From NCBI GenBank assembly GCA_951406725.2, contig OX597819.1, positions 67,022,001 through 67,086,000 of the forward strand: a stretch of DNA of 64,000 nucleotides, in the 5' to 3' direction. The position numbers and the translations under genes were made by a program. The DNA comes from Octopus vulgaris. Taxonomy: Eukaryota. Positions 12,950-26,528 of the stretch are shown here, in pieces. Every line of letters starts with the position of its first letter. Positions within the stretch are counted from its first letter, which is position 1. The notes beneath the pieces are model-generated. The model was not told the origin of the DNA, made no database searches, and saw only the letters and a program-made list of their open reading frames with translations.

Positions 12950-13360
12950 TTGTTTTAGAAACTCTTTGTTTGATTTGCATTATCAGTGATGTGTTTCCGT
13001 TTCTATGAATCTGTTGATATTGATTTGTCAAACAGAAACTAAAATATCTGCCTACAATAAGAAGAGTTAATAAATTATATGATATATAATTAAATTGATC
13101 GACAAAAGCATTCAACGCTTCGCATCTTGTATTCATAAAGTGCTACCCATATTATATCAGTATCTAGACACAGATCTGTGATGCAAACACGATTGAACTA
13201 CTCGCAACGAAACTCGTATATAGAATATTATGAGAAATAATGAACCATACAGGCAATATTAACTTAGATTCATTTGTTTTTCGAACAAATATATTATAAA
13301 AAAAAGCAGGCAACAGTTTCATTTTCAACCATTCAAAATATGATTTACTAAACACGATAT
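12950..13360 (-). pseudogene. Possible frameshifted class A GPCR remnant (TM2-TM3)
   Basis: RCEALNAFVDQFNYISYNLLTLLIVGRYFSFCLTNQY resembles TM3 C...LxxIxxDRYxAxCxPxxY; a hydrophobic segment lies upstream in another frame. Confidence 0.4.
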
Positions 13361-13984
13361 AAAAATCTGCCTATTAATTATTCTTTGATTAGATACTATT
13401 ATACGAAATATGGTTAATTTCTTTAATTCATTTTACACGTAAATGTATCCAAATATTGCCAGCAAAATCTATTATTCGGTAGGATTTCATATTACTGCTT
13501 ATTATAAAGTAAATGAAGGAATTCAATTTTAATAAATAAAATAACAAAGAAACAATGTTGTTTGATGTAAAATTTTATCTATATTATAGAGACACCGTTT
13601 ATTTTAGGATTAGAGTGGTATCCGGCATATGACGGATAACGCCGTAGCTAAGAGAATATATCTCTGTCACAATGGGTACTAACAAAAAATATAGCATATA
13701 TGCAATAATTACCTTTTAACTTTTTCTGTAATTTCTTTCTGCGTACAAAACAATGATGATATGAATACTAATTTTGAAAAAAGATATTTAATGCCTCACA
13801 GTAAAAATAAATAAACCAAATTTCTCCCATAACTACTCAGCCACTGGAATACTTATTCAAATTGAAAATGTATATTCAGTTATTTTTGGTCTTTTAATAT
13901 ATTCATGCAATCTATTTATCTTGCATAAAATATCACGTAAATCTTTATGTACTAGCCAACGTTAAGGTAAGCAAAAATACAGCT

Positions 13985-14230
13985 CATCCGTATTTGTTGT
14001 TCAAACGTTCATATCCGGGTAAGTCGTTGTCAGGTAACATACCTTCTATAACACTTCCTGCCTGTTTTCACACTGAACGATCGGCATATTTCGCACTATA
14101 TATCGTTACCACACCTATCATATTTCATATATTCAGGTTTATCAAGGACTCGGAATTAAGAGATGAAGATACCAACCCTTTTACTGTACTCGTTTAGGCA
14201 TTCGGTACTAAGATCCGTTTTCATTGTGTT
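13985..14230 (-). mobile_element. Old R4/Dong-like LINE fragment (post zinc-knuckle region)
   Basis: Minus translation VLDKPEYMKYDRCGNDI*CEICRSF aligns loosely with LLAPTEYLNMHDRAAQYIHWVICKNL of the 55-kb element. Confidence 0.35.
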
Positions 14231-14389
14231 TTGTTCTTATACTTTCTGCTTTTAGTCGGAGAAATTCAAACATTTTCCGTTTTCAAATGTGTTTACAATT
14301 ATCTTTGTTAATCCCTGTGTTTAAGAAGCCGTAGTGTGACTTCCTGTTCATATCATGAAAATGACTTGTAATTTTCTTAGTATGTTGTT

Positions 14390-14803
14390 TACTCTCTCTT
14401 TAACTCTTTACTCTTTAACTTGTTTCAGTCATTTGACTGCGGTCATGCTGGAGCACCGCCTTTTAGTCGAGTAAATCGACCCCGGGACTTATTCTTTGTA
14501 AGCCCAGTACTTATTCTATCGGTCTCTTTTGCCGAACTGCTAAGTGACGGGGACGTAAACACACCAGCATCGGTTGTCAAGCAATGCTAGGGGGACAAAC
14601 ACAGACACACAAACACATACACACACACATATATATACATATATACGACAGGCTTCTTTCAGTTTCCGTCTACCAAATCCACTCACAAGGCATTGGTCGG
14701 CCCGGGGCTATAGCAGAAGACACTTGCCCAAGATGCCACGCAGTGGGCCTGAACCCGGAACCATGTGGTTGGTTAGCAAGCTACTTACCACACAGCCACT
14801 CCT
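14390..14803 (-). mobile_element. Full-length tRNA-derived SINE (CORE-like family) with internal (GT)n
   Basis: Minus strand starts GGAGTGGCTGTGTGGTAAG (A box)...CCGGGTTCAGGCCC (B box)...CATCTTGGGCAAGT and ends in an AAGAGT-type repeat tail. Confidence 0.85.
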
Positions 14804-15021
14804 GCATATTTTTCTATTTTATTTTTTCCTTTCCATATTTCAAGATTTCTTTCACGTTCCATTATTACATAATAACATTTACTGATTTTCCATGCTTTCA
14901 TTTTAAATACAGGTACAGCCCAATTCAGAAATTTGATAATGGCTTTTTATTTCTGTCAGGCAATGACACCACCGTGTTCGGGAAAGGTTTACGTTTACTT
15001 AGGTTACTTAGGTTATATGGT

Positions 15022-15402
15022 GGAGACGCAATGGCCCAGTGGTTAGGGCAGCGGACTCGCAGTCATAGCATCGCGATTTCGATTCCCAGACCGGGCGTTT
15101 TGAGTGTTTATTGAGTGAAAACACCTAAAGCTCCACGCGGTTCCGGCAGGGGATGGATGGGAACCCTGCTGTACTCTTTCACCACAACATTCTCTAACTC
15201 TTATTTTCTGTTTCTGTTGTGCCTGTAATTCAAAGTGCCAGCCTTGTCACACTGTGTCACGCTGAATCTCCCCGAGAACTACGTTAAGGGTACAACGTGT
15301 CTGAGGAGTGCTCAGCCACTTGCACGTTAATTACACGAGCAGGCTGTTCCGTTGATCAGATCAACTGGAACCCTCGTCGTCGTAAGCGACGCAGTGCCAA
15401 CA
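15022..15402 (+). mobile_element. tRNA-derived SINE (separate family)
   Basis: A box TGGCCCAGTGG, tRNA-like arms, B-box-like GATTTCGATTCC, then a unique body ending GTGCCAACA. Confidence 0.7.
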
Positions 15403-15983
15403 TTGGTATAGAATATGTCGGGTGTGTTATATGGAATATATGTAATAGCTAAATTGTTTGACTGATTATCTCGTATGTTTAATGGTATGTGTAGAATAAT
15501 GGCAGAATAGGTGGAGCATCTCTGGATGTTTGTGGAATCTCTGAAGGAGTTTCTGCCGAACTGTTTGGGATGCCTGGCGGAATGTGTGGAATGTCTGATC
15601 GAGTAAGTATAATGTGTGATTCAATATCTGAAATCTCTGATTCCATGTCAGATATATCTGGAATATCTGATGGTTTGTTTGTAATACTTGTGTTCGTATA
15701 CTTTATACAATCCATTAGACATTCTAGGATTTCTATCAGACGTCGACAAAATCATCAATGATGACGAGGATTACGTCGCCGATGACGACAAAGAATATGA
15801 TGGGACGGCAGCAAATAATTACATAACTCCACCCTGCCGACGACAACAACAACAAACACGAATGTTTAATGGAACGTCTGAAATTATTTATTGAATATTT
15901 GGAATATTTTGCAACGTCTGATGGATTGCATAACATATCTACTTGATGCAACGTGTGAAAAATCTAATAGACATTCTAATGGA

Positions 15984-16091
15984 ATTATTTACATTATTTA
16001 CATTTGTCGGATATGCTCAGGGGCATATGGCGTAGTGGTAAAAAGCGCGGGCTACTAACTCCAATATTCCGAGTTCAGTTCCACGCAGTGA

Positions 16092-16157
<66 letters not shown>

Positions 16158-16332
16158 CGAAAAATACCTTAGGAATGAGAACCCAATTTCGAAATTTCCC
16201 CAAGACACCTGGTGAAGGCTGGAGGGTATATCAGCGGAAACGTTATATTAACAACAAAGATGAGGACAAATATCCGGCAAATGTAAATAATATAAATAAT
16301 GTACATAACTCCTCTCTCTTAAATATAGAACT
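15984..16332 (+). mobile_element. tRNA-headed short element carrying a hammerhead motif and a 5' inverted copy of its 3' end
   Basis: A box TGGCGTAGTGG (16028), B box GAGTTCAGTTCC (16071), (TAA)n linker, acac CTGGTGA a GGCTG..CAGCG GAAA CG TT at 16204-16250; 15984-16014 is the reverse complement of 16270-16300. Confidence 0.7.
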
Positions 16333-16399
16333 ATATTATTCTATTGGAATGTTTGACGAAATGTCTCTTTACCTGCTGGAATGTCTGAGATGACTGAAT

Positions 16400-16712
16400 G
16401 ACTGATCGTGAGGTTGTGAGCTCTAATCCCGGACCGGAGTGCGTGTTGTGTTCTTGAGCAAGATACTTTATTTCACGTTGCTCCAGGTCACTCAGCTGTA
16501 GATATGAGTTGCGACGTCACTGGTGCCAAGCTATATCGGCCATTTTACCTTGGCCATTTTACCTTGGATAACACTGGATGCGTGGAGAAGGGAGGTCGGT
16601 ATATATGGGTGAATGCTGGACTTCCATGAAAACAATATTGCCCGGACTTGTGCCTCGGAAGATAACTTTCTAGCTGCAGTCCCATGGTCAGTCATAACCG
16701 AAGGGGTCTCAG
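16400..16712 (+). mobile_element. tRNA-derived SINE (V/Meta-like central block)
   Basis: GTGTTGTGTTCTTGAGCAAGATACTTTATTTCACGTTGCTCCAG block; reverse copies at 34200-34555 and 49655-49870. Confidence 0.65.
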
Positions 16713-18269
16713 ATGATGTTTGGTATGTGTATGTATTGATAAATTTATATGTATTTTAGCGTGTAAGTATTTTTTAAACGGATATATCTTTTAATTTATT
16801 TAAATTTATTAATATTCTTTACCACTAATTATTTTCCCTGCATACTCAGGTTTTTTTCCTTCTACATAAGCTATTTTTGATTTAAAGTTTTCTTCAATTT
16901 TTATAATAATATGATTTTGAATCGCACTTGCAATTTCATGCAACAGGTTATTCAAAAGACTGTTAGTTGAAAGGACCAGTGAACCTAAACCCTTTTCAAG
17001 TGTGTATCTATCAAAGTAATTGTATATTTACGCATATAACCTTATTTTGTTCCATTCGAAACAAAACTGTTCGACGAACGGGAACGTGAAACTCAGTAAC
17101 AACTGTGATTTTTACAATATTACATTAAGTACTAGGAATACAATATATGACATAATATAATATTATATAACATAATGCAATATTGTAATATATATAATTG
17201 ATTGGATAGTCAATAGAATATCTCTATATTTAATTTATCTTTATAATTGAATTATACCTATATTTTTATGATATTCAACTAAAGTACCAGTGAATTGGAT
17301 GTTTAACATACGCTTTTGTCTTTTCTCAGTTAGTTACTTTATGTGTGTGTGTATTCTATTTCACTTTTTTGCATCTACCGCTTCTATTACTCTAATTAAT
17401 GGTATTTGCCTTTATAATTGAAAAGAATTATACTATTGTCAGCAATTTCTAAATGAATATTTTATCGAATCTTAGAATTATTGTTTGCACCTATAAATAA
17501 CAAACGATTAATAGCTGCACATTTGTTACAATAAACATATTTTAAAACGATTTTTATTATAATATAATGTTATATTCTCATTAAAAAATTAATAACTTGT
17601 TAGTTTTTAATGAGTGGATTTCCTATTTTAGTATCGATTTAACATATGCATATTTTAATACTTAAACAGAATAATAAAATCCATATGTTACCACACAAAA
17701 TAATAACTTTTTCATGTTAAATATTTTAGGTGTTTTCCCAAAATATTCTTCACCGTGAACATTTTTGATAAGTTCAAGTAATATCATTCTCTTAAAGAGA
17801 TAAAATTATTGCGTTTCTTAACCCATTGCCTGCCATGAGCCCCATCTGGGTATCTGCTAAAGACAGTCTCACTACCGATGGTTCGTTTTATTTAAAATGA
17901 ATTGCTTATGTACATTGTATTTACAAAGGTGTGTTTAACAATATTTAATACTTAAAGTTGGTCATTATTAGCTCTGGCTAATTCTACAGGACATTTTATG
18001 TCATAAATTGCAATTTTCGAACTACAAAAATATTGACTGTTTTGAAAACTTTTTTTATGTATTTCCCCTCTATATCACCCAATGATATCTCATATATATT
18101 CGCATTTGATATTATAGTTTCAAATAAACTAATATGTCTATTATTGAAATTTAATAGAAAAGGATAAATATACTTTTTCTCAGCGATTTCCAATTGAGAT
18201 TTTTCGAAAAATTTATCTTACTTTCCAAAGAAATTTACATATGAAGACAATTCAAAAATTTTATCTCCA

Positions 18270-18611
18270 AAGATTTCGGCTTGTGTTGTTAGATGGAGTG
18301 AAGATAGCTTTGGCTGTTAGAGGTGTAGGAGTGAGAGAGGCAAGAGAGTTTATAAATGACAGGAAAGCTCGGAGAGTGCTTGTGGACGGATGAGTGATTT
18401 GATGCTATTCAAAGGGGTACGGAACCAGCATGATGCATCGGGGGTAAACCGGCATTTGCTGTCGGGACCCTCTGCTGTTATATGGGTTTGAGTTCTATGC
18501 CTTGACCTGAGCGTAGGATGGGGCTCACCTCTTGAGCTCGGAAATGAATGGAATGCCTGGGGTATATCTTATTGTAGCTACCCCTCCTAAAAAATGAGGA
18601 ATAAGACTGGG
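18270..18611 (+). mobile_element. RTE-clade LINE 3' end and UTR
   Basis: LDGVKIALAVRGVGVREAREFINDRKARRVLVDG* (18289-18393) matches the RTE C-terminal WxDxVKxD...AxDRxxWR pattern. Confidence 0.6.
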
Positions 18612-18651
18612 TATACATACATACATATATATACATATATATATATACATG

Positions 18652-18741
<90 letters not shown>

Positions 18742-19294
18742 ATGGTGTCAAGAAGACCCAGATGTCTTCTTGCCACCATTACACCTCATAATATAGATAT
18801 ATAGGATTTGTTTTGTGGATTTGAGCGTCATGATATAATTCATTCACGCTATGTTAATCATATCATACAATAGAACAATACATTCAATTTTCATTTTCTT
18901 ACTCTCTAATCTAAATGCTTGTATTGTTGGAAGGATACCCCATTCTGGTGTTATCGATAGAATTTATGTTCAATTTTATGTCACATCTATTTACTTCGGC
19001 ATGTCAAACTTCTATATTCTACATAAGACAGATTGGTTTAGGAAATAAAGTTCTTCTGAACGATATGCCTAGGACGTGGTCAAGGTGAAGTTCATGAGTT
19101 GTTTACGTTTTTGCATGGCGCTAACCACATATGCGTATTTGCACGCGCGCGCGCGTGTGTATGTATGTGTGATTTTGTGTGTTTGTGTCTACAGAGAGAT
19201 ACCAAACGCATAATTGTGCATGTGTGAGTATGTCTAGAGGGAAGCACCAGTCCCGTTTATGTCTACAAAGAGACACCAACCCTATGTATGTATA

Positions 19295-19503
19295 TACGAG
19301 CGGTTTTGAAAAGTTCCTGGCATTGGGGAAAATAAAATATAGGTGGATCAGTTCATTTTATTGTATTCGACCTATTGCAGTCTCAGATTCACACACTTAT
19401 CACAGCAGTCCTTCATATTTTCTAAGACTTCTGACAGAACTCCGAAGGTTGTGCTCCCAACCGGGCCTTTCATAATACCCTTAAAATCAGCATCCCTCTT
19501 ATA
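19295..19503. mobile_element. Mariner-type MITE
   Basis: TA|CGAGCGGTTTTGAAAAGTTCCTGGC terminus; colinear with 20443-20663. Confidence 0.6.
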
Positions 19504-19505
19504 TA

Positions 19506-20371
19506 CAGGGCGCGGTGAACAAACTGTCGTCTGAATTACGCAAAAATGAAAATAACACTGCCATTTCATTTCAACAGATATATTTACAAAATTATATAAA
19601 AAATATCTTGAAATACTAAAGAGTAAATTTATTCAATAGAATCGCCATTGATTGTCCCCTAATGTCACCAGAAGACTCGGAATCTACTGCAACTCTTCTG
19701 GGCAGTCTCCTTGTTTATGTTGGTGAATGCTGCCATAATCCTTGCTTTCAGTTCGTCTTCAGTGTTATAAAACGTTTTGTTGGTTTCTCGCTCAACTGTG
19801 CTCCACACATAATGAACGAGGGGGTTGCAAGCTGGAGAGTTTGGTGAAAAGATGTTAGGAGTGATGTGGTCGTATAAATTTTTTGACAGCCATGACTCGA
19901 TTCTCCTGTTTCTGTGGCATGATGCAGGGTCCAGTTGCGAAACACTGGGTCTTAAAGCAGCCAACCTCTTGACCCAGCTCAGCACTACCTCCTCCAGGCG
20001 CTTGATGTAGGCCTCTGTGTTGAGTCTGAGACCATGTGGGACGATAGATGGAGATATAACGTCGCCAGCACTAGTGATCACACCAAACACCTTGGTGTTG
20101 ACTGGATGTTTGATTTTGATCCACTCGGAAAAAGTCCTCAGATTGACAATCAAACACTGAAATGTTCGTATTCGAGCTTCCGATGCGAGGGCCAAGCAGT
20201 ACAACGTGTCGTTTCCAAATTCCTTGCAGAGTTAATTGTGTCATGATGCCCTTTTTTCTTACCGTGTTCAACTAACGCTACTATACTGTGTAGTCGAGAA
20301 AATCAAGAGCAAACAATGCGCATACACGCAATTAAAAATATAAAATGGGACAATTTAACCATCATACCCTG
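19506..20371 (-). mobile_element. Internally deleted Tc1/mariner relic, DD37D (maT/mori-like)
   Basis: CAGGG...CCCTG imperfect TIRs flanked by TA. The ORF has VFGVIT..GD, QLDPASCH and SPNSPACNPLVHYVW, with 37 residues between the second Asp and the mutated third position. Confidence 0.85.
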
Positions 20372-20442
20372 TATATATATTGAATGTATGCACACACACA
20401 CTCACACACATACACATACACACACACACACACATGTATATA

Positions 20443-20663
20443 TAATGAGGGGATGCTGAAAAATTCCCGGCTTTTTGGTAATAGCAAATACAGGAAGATC
20501 ATTTAATTATGATTTTATTCAACATATTCCCATCTCAAACACACACACTTATTGCAGCGATCCTTCAATTTTTCAAAGACCTGTAAAATAACTCAGAGAA
20601 AGGTCTGGTTGGAGACCTTTCGCGATATTCTTAAAGCCAGGAACTTTTCAACACCGCCTCGTA
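20443..20663. mobile_element. Mariner-type MITE
   Basis: TIRs GAGGGGATGCTGAAAAATTCCCGGCTTT / AAAGCCAGGAACTTTTCAACACCGCCTCG|TA. Confidence 0.7.
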
Positions 20664-21187
20664 TGTGTGCATGCCGAGAGAAAGACATCTACCCATGTAG
20701 AAACACACTTTAAAATATGTGTCACACGCATTCAATTACCGTCTTTCCGTCGGTAATAGCTATTGCCACGGAACTAACGAGATTTTCTGTTTCTAAACCA
20801 TTGTTTGCAATCCAGCTGTCAATGAACATTTATAAACTTGGTGCGATATCTATGTAGTTTGAATACGATCCAAATGTGTCCTATATTTACAAATATATAC
20901 CAAGTTAAAGTACATATAAGAAACAGTTATTCTGTCGTGAAATAATGTCATATATTCGTCAACAAGGTAATTGAAAAACTTGACGTGGCTTGCATACTTT
21001 AGTTCGTGTTTCGCGAAGAAATTACGAGCTAATGCTTACTTTGTTAAAAGAAAGAGTCCAAGTTTTCTGATTTTGCTAAATTATTGTATTTTGCGAAATT
21101 AGCACATTTTCGGCATAACAATTGAGACTGATTATATATTTACGTCGATTCAAATCACATCTACCTTCATAAACTACATACCACTCA

Positions 21188-21271
<84 letters not shown>

Positions 21272-21568
21272 ATATATATATATATTCAGAGACGCACACA
21301 AACAGGCACATTCACGCATACACTTAAAAGCAAACTCAATTATATATAAATACACATGTGGGACTGGATGGGTGTGTGTTTGATCATGCGTGTGTGAGTG
21401 TGTATGTGAATATATTTATATACGTGTGTAGATGGTTATTTGAGAGTGTATTATGTTGTAGGGACACACACGCAAATCACCGAATCAAGACAGCAATCAA
21501 TAGAATCAGAACCAGAACAAGAACTTAGCGTTTAAGTAAATAACAACAGTAATGATGATGATGATGAT

Positions 21569-21628
<60 letters not shown>

Positions 21629-22108
21629 CGTAGTAACAACAACACCACTTCATATTACCATATACCTTTCATGTCAGCAAACATATGTAGACATTGCGTG
21701 ACAATAATTGAAAAGAAAATTGGACATTACCCAATATTTGTAATGCTAATATGATTTTAAATAAGCAGTCGTGGCTTGCTATTAGTGTAGGCGTTGGTGT
21801 TGGAGTATTGGCGTTTGTGCTGGTTTTTGAGGTCGGTTGTTGCTGATGTAGGAGATTGGTGGTTTTGAAGTTATACAGCGAAATAATAATAGAACTATAC
21901 AAATAATTCGAATAGTGAACACGAATAATATTGAGAAATACTACATGCACTATTAACTCATTAAAACTTAACTTCCCATAATAATTTAACCAGACATGTA
22001 AGCTGTTAATCGTTGCCATTACTTCGTCTTATTGGCCATGTTCCTTCACACTAGCAGTCAAACACTCACGTTCAGAGATACACAGGCGGACATACGTTCA
22101 CAGATGCA

Positions 22109-22154
<46 letters not shown>

Positions 22155-22636
22155 GACACACACGTATGCTTACTTGCTAACTTAGTGTCCGTGAAGGAAG
22201 AGACATTCAAATACACAGGCCTAAATGTTAATCATTCGGAGACTTCTACGAAGCTAATATTTTCATATCATTTAAATCAACGTTTGTAATTGGTGACATA
22301 TGTTATGCCATATTTACACAATTTCAATATTTTCCTTACGTACCTCATTCATATATATTATTTTAACATGTATATTATTTACGTTATTTTATTATTCGGA
22401 TATTAAAATACCGTAATTTCTTTTTTAGCATATTTGCTTCTCATTTCGTTGTATCAATCATTTTAGTTGACAATATATTGTAGCAAGCCACCAGCAGAAA
22501 CGAAATGAAGATTATTTACCCACCACAATAAATATATGAATAAACCTCTTAGTTTTATTAACACAAGCTTTGTGAAAGGCTACATAGTGTTTCATACATT
22601 TGTTAACCTCCGATTTTCTTAGGTTATATTACTAAA

Positions 22637-23144
22637 TCTATATATATAAAACTCTAGTTGTGTGAGTGTCTGTCCCCTTCGATTTAGATTCCTAACTCCT
22701 CCCACATTTTGCGGTGCAGTTTAACCAAATTCGGGTATCTTATAGTCGTGATGCATATCGAGCCCGTCTGGCTATTAGCGTGCGTCAACGATGAGTCTAC
22801 GATTTTAAAAATAATTTAACATCATTTTTTATTCATTTTAATGCATAATTTTTCGTGGGTCGTTGGCGGCGGAGTTGGCGTCCACGCTCACAGCTGCACC
22901 TGTTTGCTTCTCCCCTTCCCTCCCTCGTGAAGCTGTGGGGAAGGGAGTGTAATGAAATCAACGTCGTAATGCGTTGTCAAGGAGACCAGCGTTCTTTTAG
23001 AACAACAACTTCATGGCTTGAAGACACCAAAACAGAAATGGCTAAGAAAGCCCGAATTGGCATCTATAAGGGAAGTAACTCTCTAAAAATGCTTATATAG
23101 TTATTTCCCTTACAAACCCGAGCAACGCCGGGCGATACTGCTAG
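22637..23144 (+). mobile_element. Non-autonomous Helitron
   Basis: A|TCTATATATATAAAA 5' end, subterminal hairpin CCCG-agcaacgc-CGGG, CTAG|T 3' end, no TSD. Confidence 0.8.
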
Positions 23145-23689
23145 TTACATATATGACACAAATATGTTCTGTGAGATTAAGTAGCTTCAATTGCTACCAC
23201 GTGATTTTGGTCTCAGTCCCACCGACGCATTGGGAAAGACAGTCTTCTAATAATATCCCGGACCGATTTATGCTTCAAGAATGAATTCGTCAGATAGAAA
23301 CTATGTGGAAAACCGCCGACTATATTTTCAGTATCTCAACATGATTGATAAGATTGAAACATGAATGCGCGTAAACGCATATCTGAAGCAACTGTTAACC
23401 TATGATGAATAATGTGCACTATCCATTTTTTCCTCCTCCTCGACTCTCTCGTCGCTAACACGTAAAGACTAAACGTGCTTATACTGTCTCTTTCATAAGC
23501 TCGTCTTCCTAAACGTTCAGAATACTCTTCCATCGTCTTGGCTTAACAGTCCTCGACGTTTGTTTTTACTGTTTTGTTCTCACTGTCCTGTTCTTGTTAC
23601 CACTTTCACCCTCCGCGAAAAATCCCAAATTTTAGATAATTTGCTTTGCTGGAAGGACTGTTTCAACGAAGTCGCGTCTTGTTCTTGCT

Positions 23690-23698
23690 TTATTATTA

Positions 23699-23750
<52 letters not shown>

Positions 23751-23763
23751 TCATCATCATCAA

Positions 23764-23854
<91 letters not shown>

Positions 23855-24195
23855 ATTGTTGTTGTTGTTTGTGGTTGTTATTTTTCGAGCACTCTCCGGA
23901 GTATTCGAGCGGATCCAAGCACTGCTGTTTGCTGCATGTACCCCGCCCTTATTGCAGCCCCTATTTGTTCCATGTATTTCTCAAGATTTTTACTTACTGG
24001 TCCCAGGGCTTCGACAATTATTGCTACTACTACCACCTTATTCAGCGACCACAACTACCTAACCTCATCCGTTCTCTGGTACTTCATATTGGTATTTACG
24101 GCATAAGAACCAATGAAGATACGCATGCACTTTTATTGTGGCGGCACATGTATTCTTTTTGTGCAAGGCTCTCACATCCACTCACCAAGGTTACA

Positions 24196-24290
<95 letters not shown>

Positions 24291-24315
24291 CTTCTTCTTC
24301 TTCTTCTTCTTCTTC

Positions 24316-24350
<35 letters not shown>

Positions 24351-24353
24351 GTT

Positions 24354-24384
<31 letters not shown>

Positions 24385-24388
24385 TTTA
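23690..24388. repeat. (TTA)n/(CAT)n/(GTT)n/(CTT)n arrays enclosing a minus-strand R4/Dong 3' fragment (~23860-24065)
   Basis: Visible repeats; TTTTTCGAGCAC..CCGGAGTATTCGAGCGG matches the LINE 3' ends at 43435 and 63277. Confidence 0.75.
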
Positions 24389-24414
24389 TAGTTTCAATGT
24401 GTTGAAATGAAGAT

Positions 24415-25712
24415 TGCCAGGAAAATCCGTGTGCACCCAGAAATGCTCTGCAGACTCAGATCGTTTTTACCTTCCCAGTGCTCACGGAGGTCGAGGGTTG
24501 ACGCAGTTTCAAATCTCTTACAAAACCACCATAACTGGACTGGCCAAATATCTTAAAATATCTAACTACTGGATGGTAAAACTTGTTGAAAATTACAGGA
24601 GACATAACAAGCTTCATTCTGTAATGAAGGAGAGCAAAGTTTGCTAGTGAGTCTACGCTTATTTCCCAGGTCGAACAGCTTGATGGAAGTGGTGTCACTG
24701 TTGTTGCAAAGAAACTGAAATCAATGGCAAAGCAAAATGCCTTTGAACAATTGGCTCTTCAGGTGGGAACAAAACCTCTGCATGGCAAACCAAACATGTG
24801 ACCCGCAGCAAAGAATCTGATGTAGACCAGAAGCATATCCATCAGTGGATACGGAGCTCAGGGCTTAAGGAAAAGAGTAGAAGCTTTATCTGAGCTACTC
24901 AAGATCAGATATTATTGACCCGCAACTATGAAGCCAATATGGTGAAAAGTGGAGTAGAGCCAAAGTATCGATACGGCAACGATAGGTTTGAAAGAGTGGA
25001 TCACCTAATAAGGTTTAGCACTAGTAGAATATAAATCAATGTATAACAGAGTTGGCCAATATCTACACTGAATAATCTGTCGGCGTTATAAAATCAAAAC
25101 TGCTGACAAATGGTACGAATACCTCTCTGAAGCTGTAACTGAGTGGGGAATGTAACGATTCTATGGGACTCCCCAGTATATACAGACAGGATTATCAAAG
25201 CTAATAAAACAGATAACATTTGGAAAGCCCAAAACAATAAAGTCAGTATATTGATTGACATGAGCATACGTTGTGATCATAATATCTCGGCAAAAGAATC
25301 TGATAAGCTCAGTAAATATAAAGATTTGCTGATTGAAATCGAAAAAATGTGGCATCTCAATGCTAGTGATGGTCGGAGCACTTGGGATGATGAAGCAAGG
25401 AACCGAAAAATATTTCAGGATGATCCTTGGTTTACAATCCATGCAGGAAGTGCAAAAGATTGATTTATCTGGCACGTCACACGTATTGAGAAGAGCATTG
25501 TCGCTGTGAATTTTCAGTCCTTATCTCCCTTTCCTGTTGTTGATGCCTTCTTAATTTATTTTTCATTTTTCCTTTTTTCTCCCTGTTTTCCTTCCTTTTC
25601 TTATTCTATCACATGTGTTTATTTTGAGGGCCTACCAATGTATACAGAGAGTTTCTTTGCCCTAGGTGTTGGGAAGACATTCGGCAGCAAATGGAAACAA
25701 AATTGAAAGAAG
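24415..25712 (+). mobile_element. Degenerate 5'-truncated R4/Dong-clade LINE (family B)
   Basis: RFYLPSAHGGRGL, TILWDSPVYTDR and ILIDMS..KLSKYKDLLIEIEKMW (RLE region); 3' UTR also recurs at ~42230-42330. Confidence 0.8.
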
Positions 25713-26067
25713 ACAATGATAATAAGAATGTTAATAATAATGATAATAATCGTAATAACAATGAAGTTGAAGAGCAAGCGGATGACGATGATTAATAGTA
25801 TAATGGAACAAGTACAAATGTATATTGACTTTATGACCCTCCCAAGATACAACGAAAATTCCGTCAGTTCGTTCTCAAGATTTGACACATTGTTGATGAA
25901 TGCTATCTGCGTCTGTGCATTTGTGGTTCTCTTTTGTTTTTTCACTTATCACTTCGTGACCATGGCGGATTTTTACTGTCGACGTAACTCGAGGATACAT
26001 CAAAAATAACGATAGATTATTTCCTTCATAGATTCGCAACAGCATGCCGATGCAATAAAACATAAGC

Positions 26068-26240
26068 AAGTGTAAGTGACTGTGTGGTAAGAAGCATCCT
26101 TCCCAACCACATGGTTCCGGGTTCAGTCCCACTGCGTGGCACCTCAGGTAAGTGTCTTCTACTGTAACCTCGGGCCAACCACAGTCTTATAATTGGATTT
26201 GGTAAACGGAAACTTAAAGGAACACGTCGAATATATATAA

Positions 26241-26292
<52 letters not shown>

Positions 26293-26515
26293 ATGCGTGT
26301 GTGTATTTGTGTGTCTGTGTTTGTCCCCACGACCATCGTTTGACAACCGATGTTGGTGTGTTCATGGTTTCGTAACGTAGCGGCTCGGCGAAAAATGCCG
26401 ATAGAATAAGTAGTAAGTTTACAAACAATAAATCATGGGGGCGATTTTTTTCGAGTAAAAGTGGTGCACCATCATGGCTGTCGTCAAATGACTGAAACAA
26501 GTAAAACAATAAAAG
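26068..26515 (+). mobile_element. tRNA-derived SINE (CORE-like family)
   Basis: GTGACTGTGTGGTAAG...CCGGGTTCAGTCCCACTGCGTGGCACC; reverse complement of 14390-14803. Confidence 0.8.
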
Positions 26516-26528
26516 TATATATATAAAT

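Noticed and set aside
15460-15960. Ser/Asp/Ile/Pro-rich ORFs
   Set aside because: Degenerate short-period repeat (ggaat.tctga); no domain evidence
16021-16095. tRNA gene
   Set aside because: Acceptor and anticodon stems pair poorly and it runs into a repeat body; treated as a SINE head, as are the other tRNA-like heads
17281-17421. NWMFNIRFC...STASITL, GPCR ECL1/TM3-like (similar hints at 25800-26009, 32841-32990 and 49449-49658)
   Set aside because: Short AT-rich translations easily mimic hydrophobic motifs; too weak to call by eye
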